Source: a virus
Length of the DNA stretch: 39,690 bases
Reading direction: 5' to 3' (one strand)
Virus record (IMG/VR): IMGVR_UViG_3300045988_167796
Location: 132,032-171,721 of that record
Below are positions 27,088 through 36,190 of this stretch, piece after piece (position 1 is the first letter of the stretch; each line of letters starts with the position of its first letter). The notes below the pieces were generated by a model. It was not told where the DNA came from and did not search any database. It saw only the letters and a list, made by a program, of their open reading frames with translations. The position numbers and the translations under genes were made by a program.

Positions 27088-27229
27088 AAAGAATTATAGC
27101 AATGCTAATGGTATTTGTCAAGCAAAAATTACAAAAATTGTGGCGATAAGCAGTCTGAAATTGATTGACACTTATGTAAACTTCCGAATTAAATATCGAG
27201 AATGAATAATTGAAGAGTGTTGATATGGA

Positions 27230-27320
27230 AATAGAGGTTGGGATTATAAAAATCGATTAAGGATGAGGAGGACGATTAAAGATTGTTATAACGATTTAAG
27301 CGATTTAGGATTGTTATGGA
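27230..27320. repeat. cluster of short direct repeats (GATTGTTAT x2; CGATTAAR x3)
   Basis: Seen directly in the strand-switch intergenic region. Confidence 0.4.
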
Positions 27321-27415
27321 AGGAAGTTAATATAAATATGATCTATTTTTTCAAGTTAGTGTGTGTATAGAACGGCTTTGCAGAATCACGGAAAAACAGA
27401 ACACCCGTTTGGTTT

Positions 27416-27443
27416 TTGTTAGCCCCCACTAACGTCCTATAAT
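27416..27443 (+). promoter_or_regulatory. sigma70-like promoter TTGTTA-16nt-TATAAT facing the rightward gene arm
   Basis: Consensus-like hexamers with 16-nt spacer; upstream of GC-rich structured element. Confidence 0.4.
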
Positions 27444-27482
27444 ACATATTAACGTACGATTAGACATATCTAACCATAAAAT

Positions 27483-27538
27483 ACCACAATATATAGTGTC
27501 GATACAGCCATAAAACACAATTAAACCACAATATATAG
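27483..27538 (+). repeat. two 14-bp direct repeats ACCACAATATATAG (iteron/operator-like) 28 nt apart
   Basis: Exact 14-mer duplicated at 27483 and 27525, each preceded by CCATAAAA. Confidence 0.5.
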
Positions 27539-27599
27539 AATGAACTTTTTGTATCATTTAATCTCGTTTTTCAACTTTTCCATAGTCTGTATAGTATAC

Positions 27600-27960
27600 T
27601 GATTACAAGCTAAAGGAAAGACGTTCTATCGCTTCCTTTAGCTGGTGGGATTGGAAGCCCACATGCATGAACGGTGTCCCCTGTCAAAGGGACTAGGGCT
27701 TGCCCCCGAAATGTCCCTCTTTGGACGTCCGGCTTAGGCTTCCGGCGTCTGCATCCTTGACAACAAAGAATGAATATCTACCACGCCCTTGCGGCGTGTA
27801 TGTAATCCTTGCGATTACCTATATTTATTCGGAATATTGGATTTCGTGCGCAAAATAGCCCACACTAATTTGATTCTGTATTAATTGTTTTTTCGGTATA
27901 GCCGTATGATTCCGGCATGATTCGGTGTTATACGGGCGTACCGAAACGGTATGACTAATA
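27600..27960 (+). ncRNA. candidate structured RNA / highly structured leader (GC-rich hairpin-dense island), identity unknown
   Basis: Seven or more stable hairpins incl. a 10-bp stem at 27609-27642, two hairpins with identical CCTTGCG loops (27782-27797, 27807-27822), nested structure 27892-27946; no ORF; downstream of sigma70-like promoter. Confidence 0.25.
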
Positions 27961-27981
27961 TCATACAAGGGGGTTGTTATT

Positions 27982-28929
27982 ATGACAACAACAACAATTA
28001 ATTATATCACAATCAAAACAGGCAAAATGGTAGAAAAGGATGAAGTAAAGTCTTTCAAAGAGCTTAAATTCATTGTACCTAGAAATGTCGTTTCTGTCGA
28101 TTATTTTCAGCTTGCCGTTCAATACTGGACTTTTAATCTGTATGACATGCAATTACAGGGAGATATCACGAAAAAACAGTACGTTCTTGAAAACATGCCG
28201 GAAGAAAACGAAATACAATCGACGTTAAAAGAGATAGCCGACAAGGAACTGGACGAAATTAAAAAACGTCATGAATTGTTTTCCGCAGAATACAATGCAT
28301 TTTCTAAATGCTTGCCGGACGGAATCATGGATATCATTCAAAACGATATTTTTGCAAAGATGTTTTCTTGCGTTAAGAATGATATCAGCGGTATATCTGG
28401 ACTTAAAAAAGAATATGATAAAAAAGGCAAGGTTTCATTTCCTACTATTCCAATAGCCGGAATATATGACCGGTGGACAGAAAACATTGTAAAATATACC
28501 GATGCATTATCGGATACATTTCATACCGATAAACCTATGCCTAAGCCGGAACGCGAAAAAAGGTATGATAAAATCCGCGAAGTATGCAACTATTACATGC
28601 CAAAAGTCGAAATTGACGGACTGTATAATCACATCAATTTCAACAAAATGACACAAAAAAATATCCTTGCATACTATGATGCTTCTGGCAAACTAAGCAA
28701 TGGTAAAAACGGCGGTTCTGTCCATACAAGAGTAAAAGCAACAAAATTACTTTATAATCTTTTCCACCAGATGCTTATTTGCTTAGGATGCGAAGAACCA
28801 AAAGAAGTAAAAGAGTTGTCTGCCGATACCGCCAATAATATGTCTATGCTTGCAGTAAATGAACTTCTTAATGCATCAAAACAGGCAGAAAATGAAAAAC
28901 CCGAAAAAACAGATATAGAATCAAAATAA
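27982..28929 (+). CDS. hypothetical protein, 315 aa
   Basis: AAGGGGG SD; followed by strong terminator. Confidence 0.75.
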   Translation: MTTTTINYITIKTGKMVEKDEVKSFKELKFIVPRNVVSVDYFQLAVQYWTFNLYDMQLQGDITKKQYVLENMPEENEIQSTLKEIADKELDEIKKRHELFSAEYNAFSKCLPDGIMDIIQNDIFAKMFSCVKNDISGISGLKKEYDKKGKVSFPTIPIAGIYDRWTENIVKYTDALSDTFHTDKPMPKPEREKRYDKIREVCNYYMPKVEIDGLYNHINFNKMTQKNILAYYDASGKLSNGKNGGSVHTRVKATKLLYNLFHQMLICLGCEEPKEVKELSADTANNMSMLAVNELLNASKQAENEKPEKTDIESK

Positions 28930-28940
28930 ATCCAATTTAA

Positions 28941-28972
28941 AAGCCCTGTCGGCAGACGGGGCTTTTTTATTG
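28941..28972 (+). terminator. rho-independent terminator
   Basis: AAGCCCTGTC-ggca-GACGGGGCTT hairpin + TTTTTTATT. Confidence 0.8.
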
Positions 28973-29006
28973 CCTAAATAATATGCAAAAAACAGGGGGA
29001 TGAAAA

Positions 29007-29588
29007 ATGCATAACGAAATGTATAAACCTTTTAAAATTGCCGCTGATTTTACTACGCATTATTTTAATACATGCGTTCCTAAAAATGCATCATATGGAC
29101 GTTTAACAAAAAATATCTATATTTTTATAGATAATTATTCTCAGTTTCGTCCTAATATGCAAGGAATTGATTCGATAACAATAAACGTATTAGACGCAAG
29201 AAAAGACAGTAATTTCCATAAATGTATCATAAAAAAATACATTAGAAATAGAAAAACTAATGAAATGGTACAAAATCCTACGTTTGAATTTTGCTATAAT
29301 TTTGTAGCAAAAAACAAATTATGGAATACAAAATGCGAAAATATTTTGAGATATAACCGTTCTGGTGCTCTGCCGTCTTACTATGTAAAACAGCGTGAAC
29401 CCAAATATAGAGCATATGGAGATTATTCCAAAAGCGTCGGTGTTAACGACGATATTAGATATAAAGAAATCACAGAAAATGCTCATTATGCATATGAACG
29501 TGCATCTATGTCTGCTGAAGGGACTATAGCGGCACAACGATTCGATATTGGTAATCGTTTAAAAAATGGTGTAAGATACGATGATTAA
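29007..29588 (+). CDS. hypothetical protein, 193 aa
   Basis: GGGGGA SD; followed by terminator. Confidence 0.7.
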   Translation: MHNEMYKPFKIAADFTTHYFNTCVPKNASYGRLTKNIYIFIDNYSQFRPNMQGIDSITINVLDARKDSNFHKCIIKKYIRNRKTNEMVQNPTFEFCYNFVAKNKLWNTKCENILRYNRSGALPSYYVKQREPKYRAYGDYSKSVGVNDDIRYKEITENAHYAYERASMSAEGTIAAQRFDIGNRLKNGVRYDD

Positions 29589-29592
29589 ATAT

Positions 29593-29628
29593 AAAAAAAA
29601 CATCTACAAAATAGTAGATGTTTTTTTT
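29593..29628 (+). terminator. rho-independent terminator (A-run/hairpin/T-run, potentially bidirectional)
   Basis: AAAAAAAACATCTAC-aaaata-GTAGATGTTTTTTTT. Confidence 0.75.
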
Positions 29629-29757
29629 ATGCAATTTTTATATATTTCCCCTTTATAACTATTAAACAACCATTTAATTTTTTTTATACAAAGAAATGAG
29701 GTGATATACATGCGGACTAAATAAAACAAACATAAGTCCGAGAAAAGAGGATTTATT

Positions 29758-29931
29758 ATGACAGGAAAAACAAAGGTTACCTTAAAAAATCATCTCATCA
29801 CAGATCCAAATACAGTTGTCTCAACGACTGAAAAAGTGTTTCAAAACCCTCAGTCCGCCCAGGCATTCGCAGATATTTGGAGTAAATTTAAAAACATCGA
29901 AATTATAATTCAAAAATGTGAAGATGATTAA
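29758..29931 (+). CDS. small hypothetical protein, 57 aa
   Basis: AAAGAGGA SD 7 nt before ATG; below track cutoff. Confidence 0.4.
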   Translation: MTGKTKVTLKNHLITDPNTVVSTTEKVFQNPQSAQAFADIWSKFKNIEIIIQKCEDD

Positions 29932-30120
29932 TTCAGAGTGGTCAAGCCCAACAACATGGGCTTGACTAATGAACTATGCTAGCAAATTTATGCTATACGT
30001 GCGCTTTTTATACGTATGTATGCATATGCATAACGGTCACAAGTCCGTATTTTGTTCATTTTTACGATTCACCCAATAATCAAACCAATTCAATCAAATA
30101 TAAACACAAGGAGAACCACC

Positions 30121-30513
30121 ATGAAAAACAATACAATTATCAAACAATTCAACATTTTCATCTCCCGTAATTACGATGGACTTTCCGCTCATACACTTTT
30201 TCAGACTCTCACATTTTCTTTTCCTAAAGAAATAGCGGCTCAATGGGTATACGTAAATATATTTCATGTATTTACAGAAAAGTACACTCCGCAGGATTTG
30301 GATATTGCACATTGTGTTGCTGATGTTATATTTAACAATCCAAATCTTTCTAACGATATTCATTATTTCCGCAGAGAACTCAAAGAGCTGAAATTCTGCA
30401 TAGAGTTTGGATATGCTTACGCCAACACTTCATATTTAAAAGAAAACGCTCTTGATATGTACCTCAAAAATGCAATCAGCCTGTGCGAATTTGAATTAAT
30501 CATGAAATCATAA
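30121..30513 (+). CDS. hypothetical protein, 130 aa (start at SD-preceded ATG 30121)
   Basis: AAGGAGAA SD; track start 30052 lacks SD. Confidence 0.65.
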   Translation: MKNNTIIKQFNIFISRNYDGLSAHTLFQTLTFSFPKEIAAQWVYVNIFHVFTEKYTPQDLDIAHCVADVIFNNPNLSNDIHYFRRELKELKFCIEFGYAYANTSYLKENALDMYLKNAISLCEFELIMKS

Positions 30514-30534
30514 AAACCCAAGGAGAACACAAAT

Positions 30535-31533
30535 ATGAAAATCTTAAACACAAATATCAGACTTGACGGAAATCACCTTTACAAACTTGAACTCACAGTA
30601 GACGAACTTCCTACTACAGATGAAACTGTACTTCTCGAAGACGAAGAGCAAAAATATGTTTACGGAGAAACACCGGACGGGTATGTTACATATGGATGTA
30701 TTGCTAAGAATGCACATCATGGGAATGAGCCTGGATATCGATGGTCTTCTCGTGCATCTGTATTTAACGGTATGTTCGGAAAACGTTGTATGGAAGTAGT
30801 GTTTATAGAGAAATATCGCTATGCAGGAGATATGACTATAGATGCAATTCTACCATTTCTTCCTGACGAATTCTATATTGTTGAACAGGTTGAAACTGAT
30901 AAACATGGGAATATTACAGAGATTACATACAGAATTTCTAATTATGATCACGAAAAAGAGAGACAGTGGTATTTCAAAGATATTACTTGTTCCGACGGCT
31001 CCAGACGTTACATCCGTAACCGTATCTTTAACAACAAACCTCTTAATCCAGATTTATACTCATTTATATCTGCATACAGACGTAACATTATGGATAACGA
31101 TATGTTAGAAAGAGTATGCAGAGATATTTCTGAATCCGGCAAGTACTCGCTTTGCGAACTGAATAAATTTGCTTCTTATATGGAAGAAAACTTTTCAACG
31201 ATTTGTTCTTTAAAGTTTTTTAATAATAGTAATGGCGGTATCACATTCTATTTAACAGTATCTACGCAAAATAATAATGATAATAAATACATTAAATATA
31301 ATTCTGAAGACAATACTTCAAACCAGTCACCAAATTACATCCCGTATCCGGATCAATTTCCTCATCTTACTAGACAGAGTATTGTTGAGACAATTTTAGA
31401 TATGTGGTTATCTAGTAAAGATATTGAATATATCAAAGAATACTGGCTGGGATTTTGGAAGGATCCTTTAAGATACAAAGATTCTGCAATTGCTAATATG
31501 ATTCGACAGGACGTCAGAGAGCGTATGATATAA
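30535..31533 (+). CDS. hypothetical protein, 332 aa
   Basis: AAGGAGAA SD. Confidence 0.75.
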   Translation: MKILNTNIRLDGNHLYKLELTVDELPTTDETVLLEDEEQKYVYGETPDGYVTYGCIAKNAHHGNEPGYRWSSRASVFNGMFGKRCMEVVFIEKYRYAGDMTIDAILPFLPDEFYIVEQVETDKHGNITEITYRISNYDHEKERQWYFKDITCSDGSRRYIRNRIFNNKPLNPDLYSFISAYRRNIMDNDMLERVCRDISESGKYSLCELNKFASYMEENFSTICSLKFFNNSNGGITFYLTVSTQNNNDNKYIKYNSEDNTSNQSPNYIPYPDQFPHLTRQSIVETILDMWLSSKDIEYIKEYWLGFWKDPLRYKDSAIANMIRQDVRERMI

Positions 31534-31736
31534 ATTCCTATGAATTTCCTTTACTGACCGCCAATAAAATATCGAAATTTTCAGTAACGGAATTTTTCAA
31601 AACGGGGTACCCCATTAAAGGCAGTAAGCGAACGCATCAGTATAATACACTGGTGCGTTTTATAGTGTCTTTAATAGATACAAAAGCAAATAACAAAGCA
31701 AACACAAATAAAAAATCACAGAAAGGAACCACAACT

Positions 31737-32006
31737 ATGGCATTCAAAAAATCAACTAACACAAACAAACCTGCAACAGAACCAACTTATGAAGTACTTG
31801 AAGAATGCGGGACTATATCATCCAACGGAAGAGGATGGGAAACAAAACTCCGTTATATCTCATGGAACGGTAACGAACCTAAGTATGATTTACGTTCCTG
31901 GAAAGAAGATGAGAACGGAGAAAAATGCACAAAGGGAATTACGCTCACAGGCGAAGAACTTGAAACACTGTTAAATATCTTAAAGAAAATGGAAAGCGAG
32001 GAATAA
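31737..32006 (+). CDS. PC4/YdbC-like ssDNA-binding protein, 89 aa
   Basis: GWETKLRYISWNGNEPKYDLRSWKEDENGEKCTKGITLTGEE matches the bacterial/phage PC4-like (YdbC) core; AAAGGAA SD. Confidence 0.5.
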   Translation: MAFKKSTNTNKPATEPTYEVLEECGTISSNGRGWETKLRYISWNGNEPKYDLRSWKEDENGEKCTKGITLTGEELETLLNILKKMESEE

Positions 32007-32008
32007 TC

Positions 32009-32251
32009 ATGCCAAAAACATTCAAGGTAAACCAGAAGTATTTCTGGGAATCATGGTTTACCGGCGGGACTATGTTCTACACAGTTTCTTCCAGAACAGA
32101 AAACAAAGTTGCGCTTTCATGTGTAGATTATGAAGCAGACGGTATACATAAACGTACAGAAGTATACGATATTGAAACAGACGAAAACGGAAACGAACGG
32201 ATCCTTATTGTTGAATACAAAGGAGAAAAAGGATATATCTACGCAGAATAA
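32009..32251 (+). CDS. hypothetical protein, 80 aa
   Basis: GAGGAA SD. Confidence 0.65.
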   Translation: MPKTFKVNQKYFWESWFTGGTMFYTVSSRTENKVALSCVDYEADGIHKRTEVYDIETDENGNERILIVEYKGEKGYIYAE

Positions 32252-32275
32252 CGAATAAAGCAGGAGGACATAATT

Positions 32276-32707
32276 ATGAAACGTAAACTTATCGCAACAT
32301 TAACAGCAATATTACTTACAACATCGGTATGTGCATGTGGACAGGTACATGCTTGCGAAATTGAAACAGAATCAATGGAATTCACAGATTCATGTTCGCT
32401 CATAGCATTTACGGACGGAACCGGATATTATTTGGACCAATTAGATTATGATAAAATCTATCCTCTAACCGGGATTGTAACACATATTGAATATGGAGCT
32501 ATTCCAGATCATGATCTTATATTTATTACATGCGCGAACGGAAACGAATTTTCTTTTTATGCACCGGAAACAGACTGTTGGGAAGAAGAAGATATTGCTT
32601 CTTGTATTATGAATTCTAAAGGCACATCTATCGTTTATGATGATGAAGTTATTTTAGCTCATTATGCAGGTGGAATAAAACATTTTGAAAGAATAATATC
32701 TGATTAA
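32276..32707 (+). CDS. secreted/lipoprotein-like protein, 143 aa
   Basis: N-terminal signal peptide MKRKLIATLTAILLTTSVCAC; AGGAGGA SD. Confidence 0.65.
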   Translation: MKRKLIATLTAILLTTSVCACGQVHACEIETESMEFTDSCSLIAFTDGTGYYLDQLDYDKIYPLTGIVTHIEYGAIPDHDLIFITCANGNEFSFYAPETDCWEEEDIASCIMNSKGTSIVYDDEVILAHYAGGIKHFERIISD

Positions 32708-32720
32708 GGAAGTGATACTT

Positions 32721-32927
32721 ATGGCAAATAAATATTTTACCATGCAAGAATTGCAGTCAATGCAATTTTACGAATTGCCAAACAGAATTTACAAGGCAAT
32801 CCTCAATGACATAAAAAATACTTTAGGTATTCTGACAAATAGAATAATAGAAATAATTAATCATGCAAATGTGATGCAACTCGATCAATACTGTAATATT
32901 TGGAAATACATTTCTATTATTGCATAA
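32721..32927 (+). CDS. hypothetical protein, 68 aa
   Basis: AAGGAAGTG SD before ATG 32721. Confidence 0.5.
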   Translation: MANKYFTMQELQSMQFYELPNRIYKAILNDIKNTLGILTNRIIEIINHANVMQLDQYCNIWKYISIIA

Positions 32928-32945
32928 TAAACGGGGTGATTTAGA

Positions 32946-33227
32946 ATGAAGCGCAAAAACAGAATAAGATTATATGCAAAGGCAACTCTGTTCGGAGCTG
33001 CCTTTTTTATTGCAGTAGGTATTGTAGGAAAGATAGACAGCAACACAGAAAATGGATATACCACAACAATAGCATCTGCCTACGGAAACAGGATCTACAC
33101 AAACGACGGCAACATTTATGAAGTAGACCATGATATTTCTGATGGTTCCGAAAAGAAAGTAATTGTTACATTTGATTCTCGTGGCACATCTGATCCAACG
33201 GATGACGTCATTGTAGATATATATTGA
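32946..33227 (+). CDS. small membrane protein, 93 aa
   Basis: One N-terminal TM helix (LFGAAFFIAVGIVG); SD present. Confidence 0.6.
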   Translation: MKRKNRIRLYAKATLFGAAFFIAVGIVGKIDSNTENGYTTTIASAYGNRIYTNDGNIYEVDHDISDGSEKKVIVTFDSRGTSDPTDDVIVDIY

Positions 33228-33284
33228 TTGTATAATTCAATCAAAACACAATTGAATACAGCAAGAAGCAAAGGAGTGAGAAAC

Positions 33285-33488
33285 ATGTTAAAAGAACCAG
33301 AACCGAAACAACAGGTACACAATTGGACGAAAGAAATCCGCGCGCTTTTAAGGGACTTCAAAGTTCCAAATGTAATTATTAATCAGATTATTTATGACAC
33401 TAAAAAGGAAGCAAAATCTTCTGATGACGCATTTATTCTATATAACAAAGCATGGAGAAAAGCTTATGATGTTATAATGGAGATGTAA
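33285..33488 (+). CDS. hypothetical protein, 67 aa (start at SD-preceded ATG 33285)
   Basis: AAAGGAGTGAG SD; track TTG start lacks SD. Confidence 0.5.
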   Translation: MLKEPEPKQQVHNWTKEIRALLRDFKVPNVIINQIIYDTKKEAKSSDDAFILYNKAWRKAYDVIMEM

Positions 33489-33553
33489 GTAGATGGAACC
33501 ATACAACAGTGCAAACAAATAAGTATAAATAATTATAAGAGAGGTTGATTATC

Positions 33554-34594
33554 ATGAAAAATAATAAAATTGAATATATCGAAACAAGAAAAGACAACAG
33601 AGTAAAAGCTTTATCTTTACCAGCAGCAGGAGAGAAAACACCTAGCACATTATACAACGAAACAATCAAAAACAAATTCGTCATTGACGGAATTACATAT
33701 TGTGTACTCCCATTTGACTTGATTGTATTTGATGATTCATACCAGCGCAACAAGTCAGCTGACAAGGCAAAAATCAACGAGCTTGCTAGGAACTGGGATG
33801 ATAACCTGATGGATCTTCCGCTTGTATCAGAACATCCGGAAGAAGGATTGTTCTACGGAATTGACTGCTACCATCGAATTGAAGCTTTGAAAATCAACGG
33901 AAGAACATCTGTACTTTGCAAGATTGCAAATGGACTTTCAAATGTCCCAACAGAAAGAAGTGTACAGGAAGCTGAATTATTCAGCAAGCAGGGACCATGT
34001 GAAAACCTTACAGTCGGCCAGAAACACAAAGCAAACGTTAAGCGTGGTATCCGTAAATATGTTGTGCTTGAAGAATGTATTCAGGATCGTAAACTTTTTG
34101 TCGATCCTAGATATTACCGCAACATGCCTGATGAAGAAAAAGCAAAGTATGCAGACTGGAAAGTGCTGTCTGGATATACGGCCGCATTGCATATTGCAGG
34201 TCTTACAAACGGAAAAGAACTTCTTAATTCTGTACTTGATGTTATTGAAGCAGTAAATTGGAGGAATGCAGTAGGTGGTTATAAATCTTTAATTATCAAA
34301 ACGATCGGTACAATTCTGAATTTACATGAAAACAGTGATTTCGCAAAAATGGCAATGATTAGATATTTCGGTCCAATGGAACCGGAAGAATTCCTTGCAA
34401 GAGCATATGAAAAATATCCGGCAAGAAAAGAGAAAGAGCGTGTAGATATCCTTCTTGAAGAAGAAGTTTCCAAAAGAATGGGATTCGCTCCTATGTATAC
34501 AGGCGGAGGTCTGACTGGAGGTATTGCAACACAGAGAGCAGTGAAAAAGGCAAAAGCAAAGTCAAAAAAAGAAGAAAATGCTTCAAATTTCTGA
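33554..34594 (+). CDS. ParB-like nuclease domain protein, 346 aa
   Basis: ParB/Srx core motif GIDCYHRIEAL (DGxHR-type) in N-terminal half; AGAGAGG SD. Confidence 0.6.
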   Translation: MKNNKIEYIETRKDNRVKALSLPAAGEKTPSTLYNETIKNKFVIDGITYCVLPFDLIVFDDSYQRNKSADKAKINELARNWDDNLMDLPLVSEHPEEGLFYGIDCYHRIEALKINGRTSVLCKIANGLSNVPTERSVQEAELFSKQGPCENLTVGQKHKANVKRGIRKYVVLEECIQDRKLFVDPRYYRNMPDEEKAKYADWKVLSGYTAALHIAGLTNGKELLNSVLDVIEAVNWRNAVGGYKSLIIKTIGTILNLHENSDFAKMAMIRYFGPMEPEEFLARAYEKYPARKEKERVDILLEEEVSKRMGFAPMYTGGGLTGGIATQRAVKKAKAKSKKEENASNF

Positions 34595-34616
34595 CTATAA
34601 TAAATAATATTAAAAA
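34595..34616 (+). promoter_or_regulatory. plus-strand copy of conserved motif CTATAATAAATAATATTAAAAA
   Basis: Same TATAAT-N4-AATATTAAAAA architecture as minus-strand copies. Confidence 0.45.
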
Positions 34617-34627
34617 CAAAGAAACTA

Positions 34628-34656
34628 TTGCAAAATATATATGTTTGTGATATATT
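34628..34656 (+). promoter_or_regulatory. sigma70-like promoter TTGCAA-17nt-TATATT
   Basis: Consensus spacing; followed by tandem CAAATGTTC repeats (34664-34690) and gene at 34713. Confidence 0.4.
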
Positions 34657-34712
34657 AATACAAACAAATGTTCCGAACAAATGTTCACAAAAATAGAAAG
34701 GAAATTAATATT

Positions 34713-34952
34713 ATGACTATAACTTATATTTATCAGAAACCAGGTGAAACATGTAAAATCTGCGGAGGAAATAAACCGCTAATGCTGTACATTACCTACA
34801 AAGATATTCCAGGATGTCATCCGGAAATTACAATTAACGGCTCTGAAAACCCGTTCCCGTTTAAGAAGTTTACTGTCAGTAAGCACGCAACAGATCTTAA
34901 CAAATGGCTTCTTGAAAAAGGATGGGTAGAAATCGGTCACGTTTACAATTAA
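34713..34952 (+). CDS. hypothetical protein, 79 aa (C-x2-C motif)
   Basis: AAAGGAAA SD before ATG 34713. Confidence 0.6.
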   Translation: MTITYIYQKPGETCKICGGNKPLMLYITYKDIPGCHPEITINGSENPFPFKKFTVSKHATDLNKWLLEKGWVEIGHVYN

Positions 34953-34990
34953 ATATGAAGCATGATAAATAATATTAAATAGTAACAACG

Positions 34991-35063
34991 CTGTGCCACA
35001 ATCCAATTGAACGGTATAACCTCAAGTCGAAGGTACGTTTTTTCAGAAGGGAACGTGGCACAG
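34991..35063. repeat. large imperfect inverted repeat CTGTGCCAC ... GTGGCACAG enclosing inner ACGTT/AACGT stem
   Basis: Seen directly; immediately upstream of TATAAT at 35075. Confidence 0.5.
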
Positions 35064-35197
35064 TATATCTGATAGTATAATCAAACATTTATTTTCTATT
35101 ACTCATTTAAAAGGCAGCATGAAATCTAGGGCTGCCGCCTCCAATAAAATAAGTGTTTGGTTATGCTATTAGAGCATAAGAAACGGAGGAAAACACA

Positions 35198-35518
35198 ATG
35201 AAACCAGAAAAATACTTTGTAACAAAAGAAGGAACTATTGTAAACGAATATAATATTAAGATGGCAGCTTTGATCGTACACAACATGCATCTTGACACAG
35301 ATGAACAACTGTATGCATATATCAACGATCATACGGAAGGAATCCTGTTTGAGAGTTCTTCGCCTACTATTGAAGACTTTTTAAAAAATTATCAATATGT
35401 TGCAGCTATTAGATTCTATTATAATGCACATAGAGACGAAGGAATGCTTCTCCAGGATGCAAGAAAATATGTAAACTCTGTAAGAGAAAAAATGATAAAG
35501 GCAGGTGAACTTCATTGA
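35198..35518 (+). CDS. hypothetical protein, 106 aa
   Basis: ACGGAGGAAAA SD. Confidence 0.7.
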   Translation: MKPEKYFVTKEGTIVNEYNIKMAALIVHNMHLDTDEQLYAYINDHTEGILFESSSPTIEDFLKNYQYVAAIRFYYNAHRDEGMLLQDARKYVNSVREKMIKAGELH

Positions 35519-35976
35519 TCCCTAAATACAGAATGGAAACTAGAAATTCGAATCTAGTTCTCGTAAGAGAAAAAAAATATAACACAAATTTTTGTTGTAA
35601 AAACCCTAAAGATGTAGTAAAGTTCTGCATCAACAACCTCAAACTTAGATATGCTCCAGAAGAATATGTATATGTAATTGCTTTAAATACACCAGGAGAC
35701 ATCATTGGGTTATTTGAAGTTTCTCACGGATGCATCAATGCATCAATCTGTTCTCCAAGAGAAATTTTTATCAGGCTTCTTTTATGCGGAGCAGCACAAT
35801 TTATCTGTGTACACAATCATCCATCTGGGAACACAATTCCTAGTAATAATGATAAAAATGTATTCAATCATTTATGTCAATCCGGTCTAATGTTAAATCT
35901 TCCTATGGCAGATTATATTATTGTTGGAAGAAATGAAACTGAATATACATCTTTTAAAGAAAGAGGTGATTTATAA
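35515..35976 (+). CDS. RadC-like JAB/MPN domain protein, 153 aa (TTG start)
   Basis: JAMM-like signature HNHPSGNTIPSNND with upstream EVSH; AGGTGAA SD. Confidence 0.7.
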   Translation: MIPKYRMETRNSNLVLVREKKYNTNFCCKNPKDVVKFCINNLKLRYAPEEYVYVIALNTPGDIIGLFEVSHGCINASICSPREIFIRLLLCGAAQFICVHNHPSGNTIPSNNDKNVFNHLCQSGLMLNLPMADYIIVGRNETEYTSFKERGDL

Positions 35977-36173
35977 TGCAGAAATGCAACATTGAAATAG
36001 TAACAGCTCACAACGGTGCAGAAGTTATCATTCTACGTAAAACAGAATATATTCATACAAAACTGGATGATATAAGGTCAGACTGGCGTGAGCAGGAACG
36101 TAAAAGAAGAGAGATAAATAATAAATCAAAAATAATAGATTTGTTCGATAAGATTAAAAATTGGTGTGCATAA
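35976..36173 (+). CDS. hypothetical protein, 65 aa
   Basis: Start overlaps previous stop (TAATG); GAGGTGA SD. Confidence 0.5.
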   Translation: MQKCNIEIVTAHNGAEVIILRKTEYIHTKLDDIRSDWREQERKRREINNKSKIIDLFDKIKNWCA

Positions 36174-36190
36174 CATATTACATCTATAAA

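Noticed and set aside
27890-27950. Resemblance of AGCCGTATG...ATACGGGCG to group II intron domain V
   Set aside because: The intervening loop is 22 nt rather than a GNRA tetraloop. No reverse transcriptase/maturase ORF and no other intron domains are nearby.
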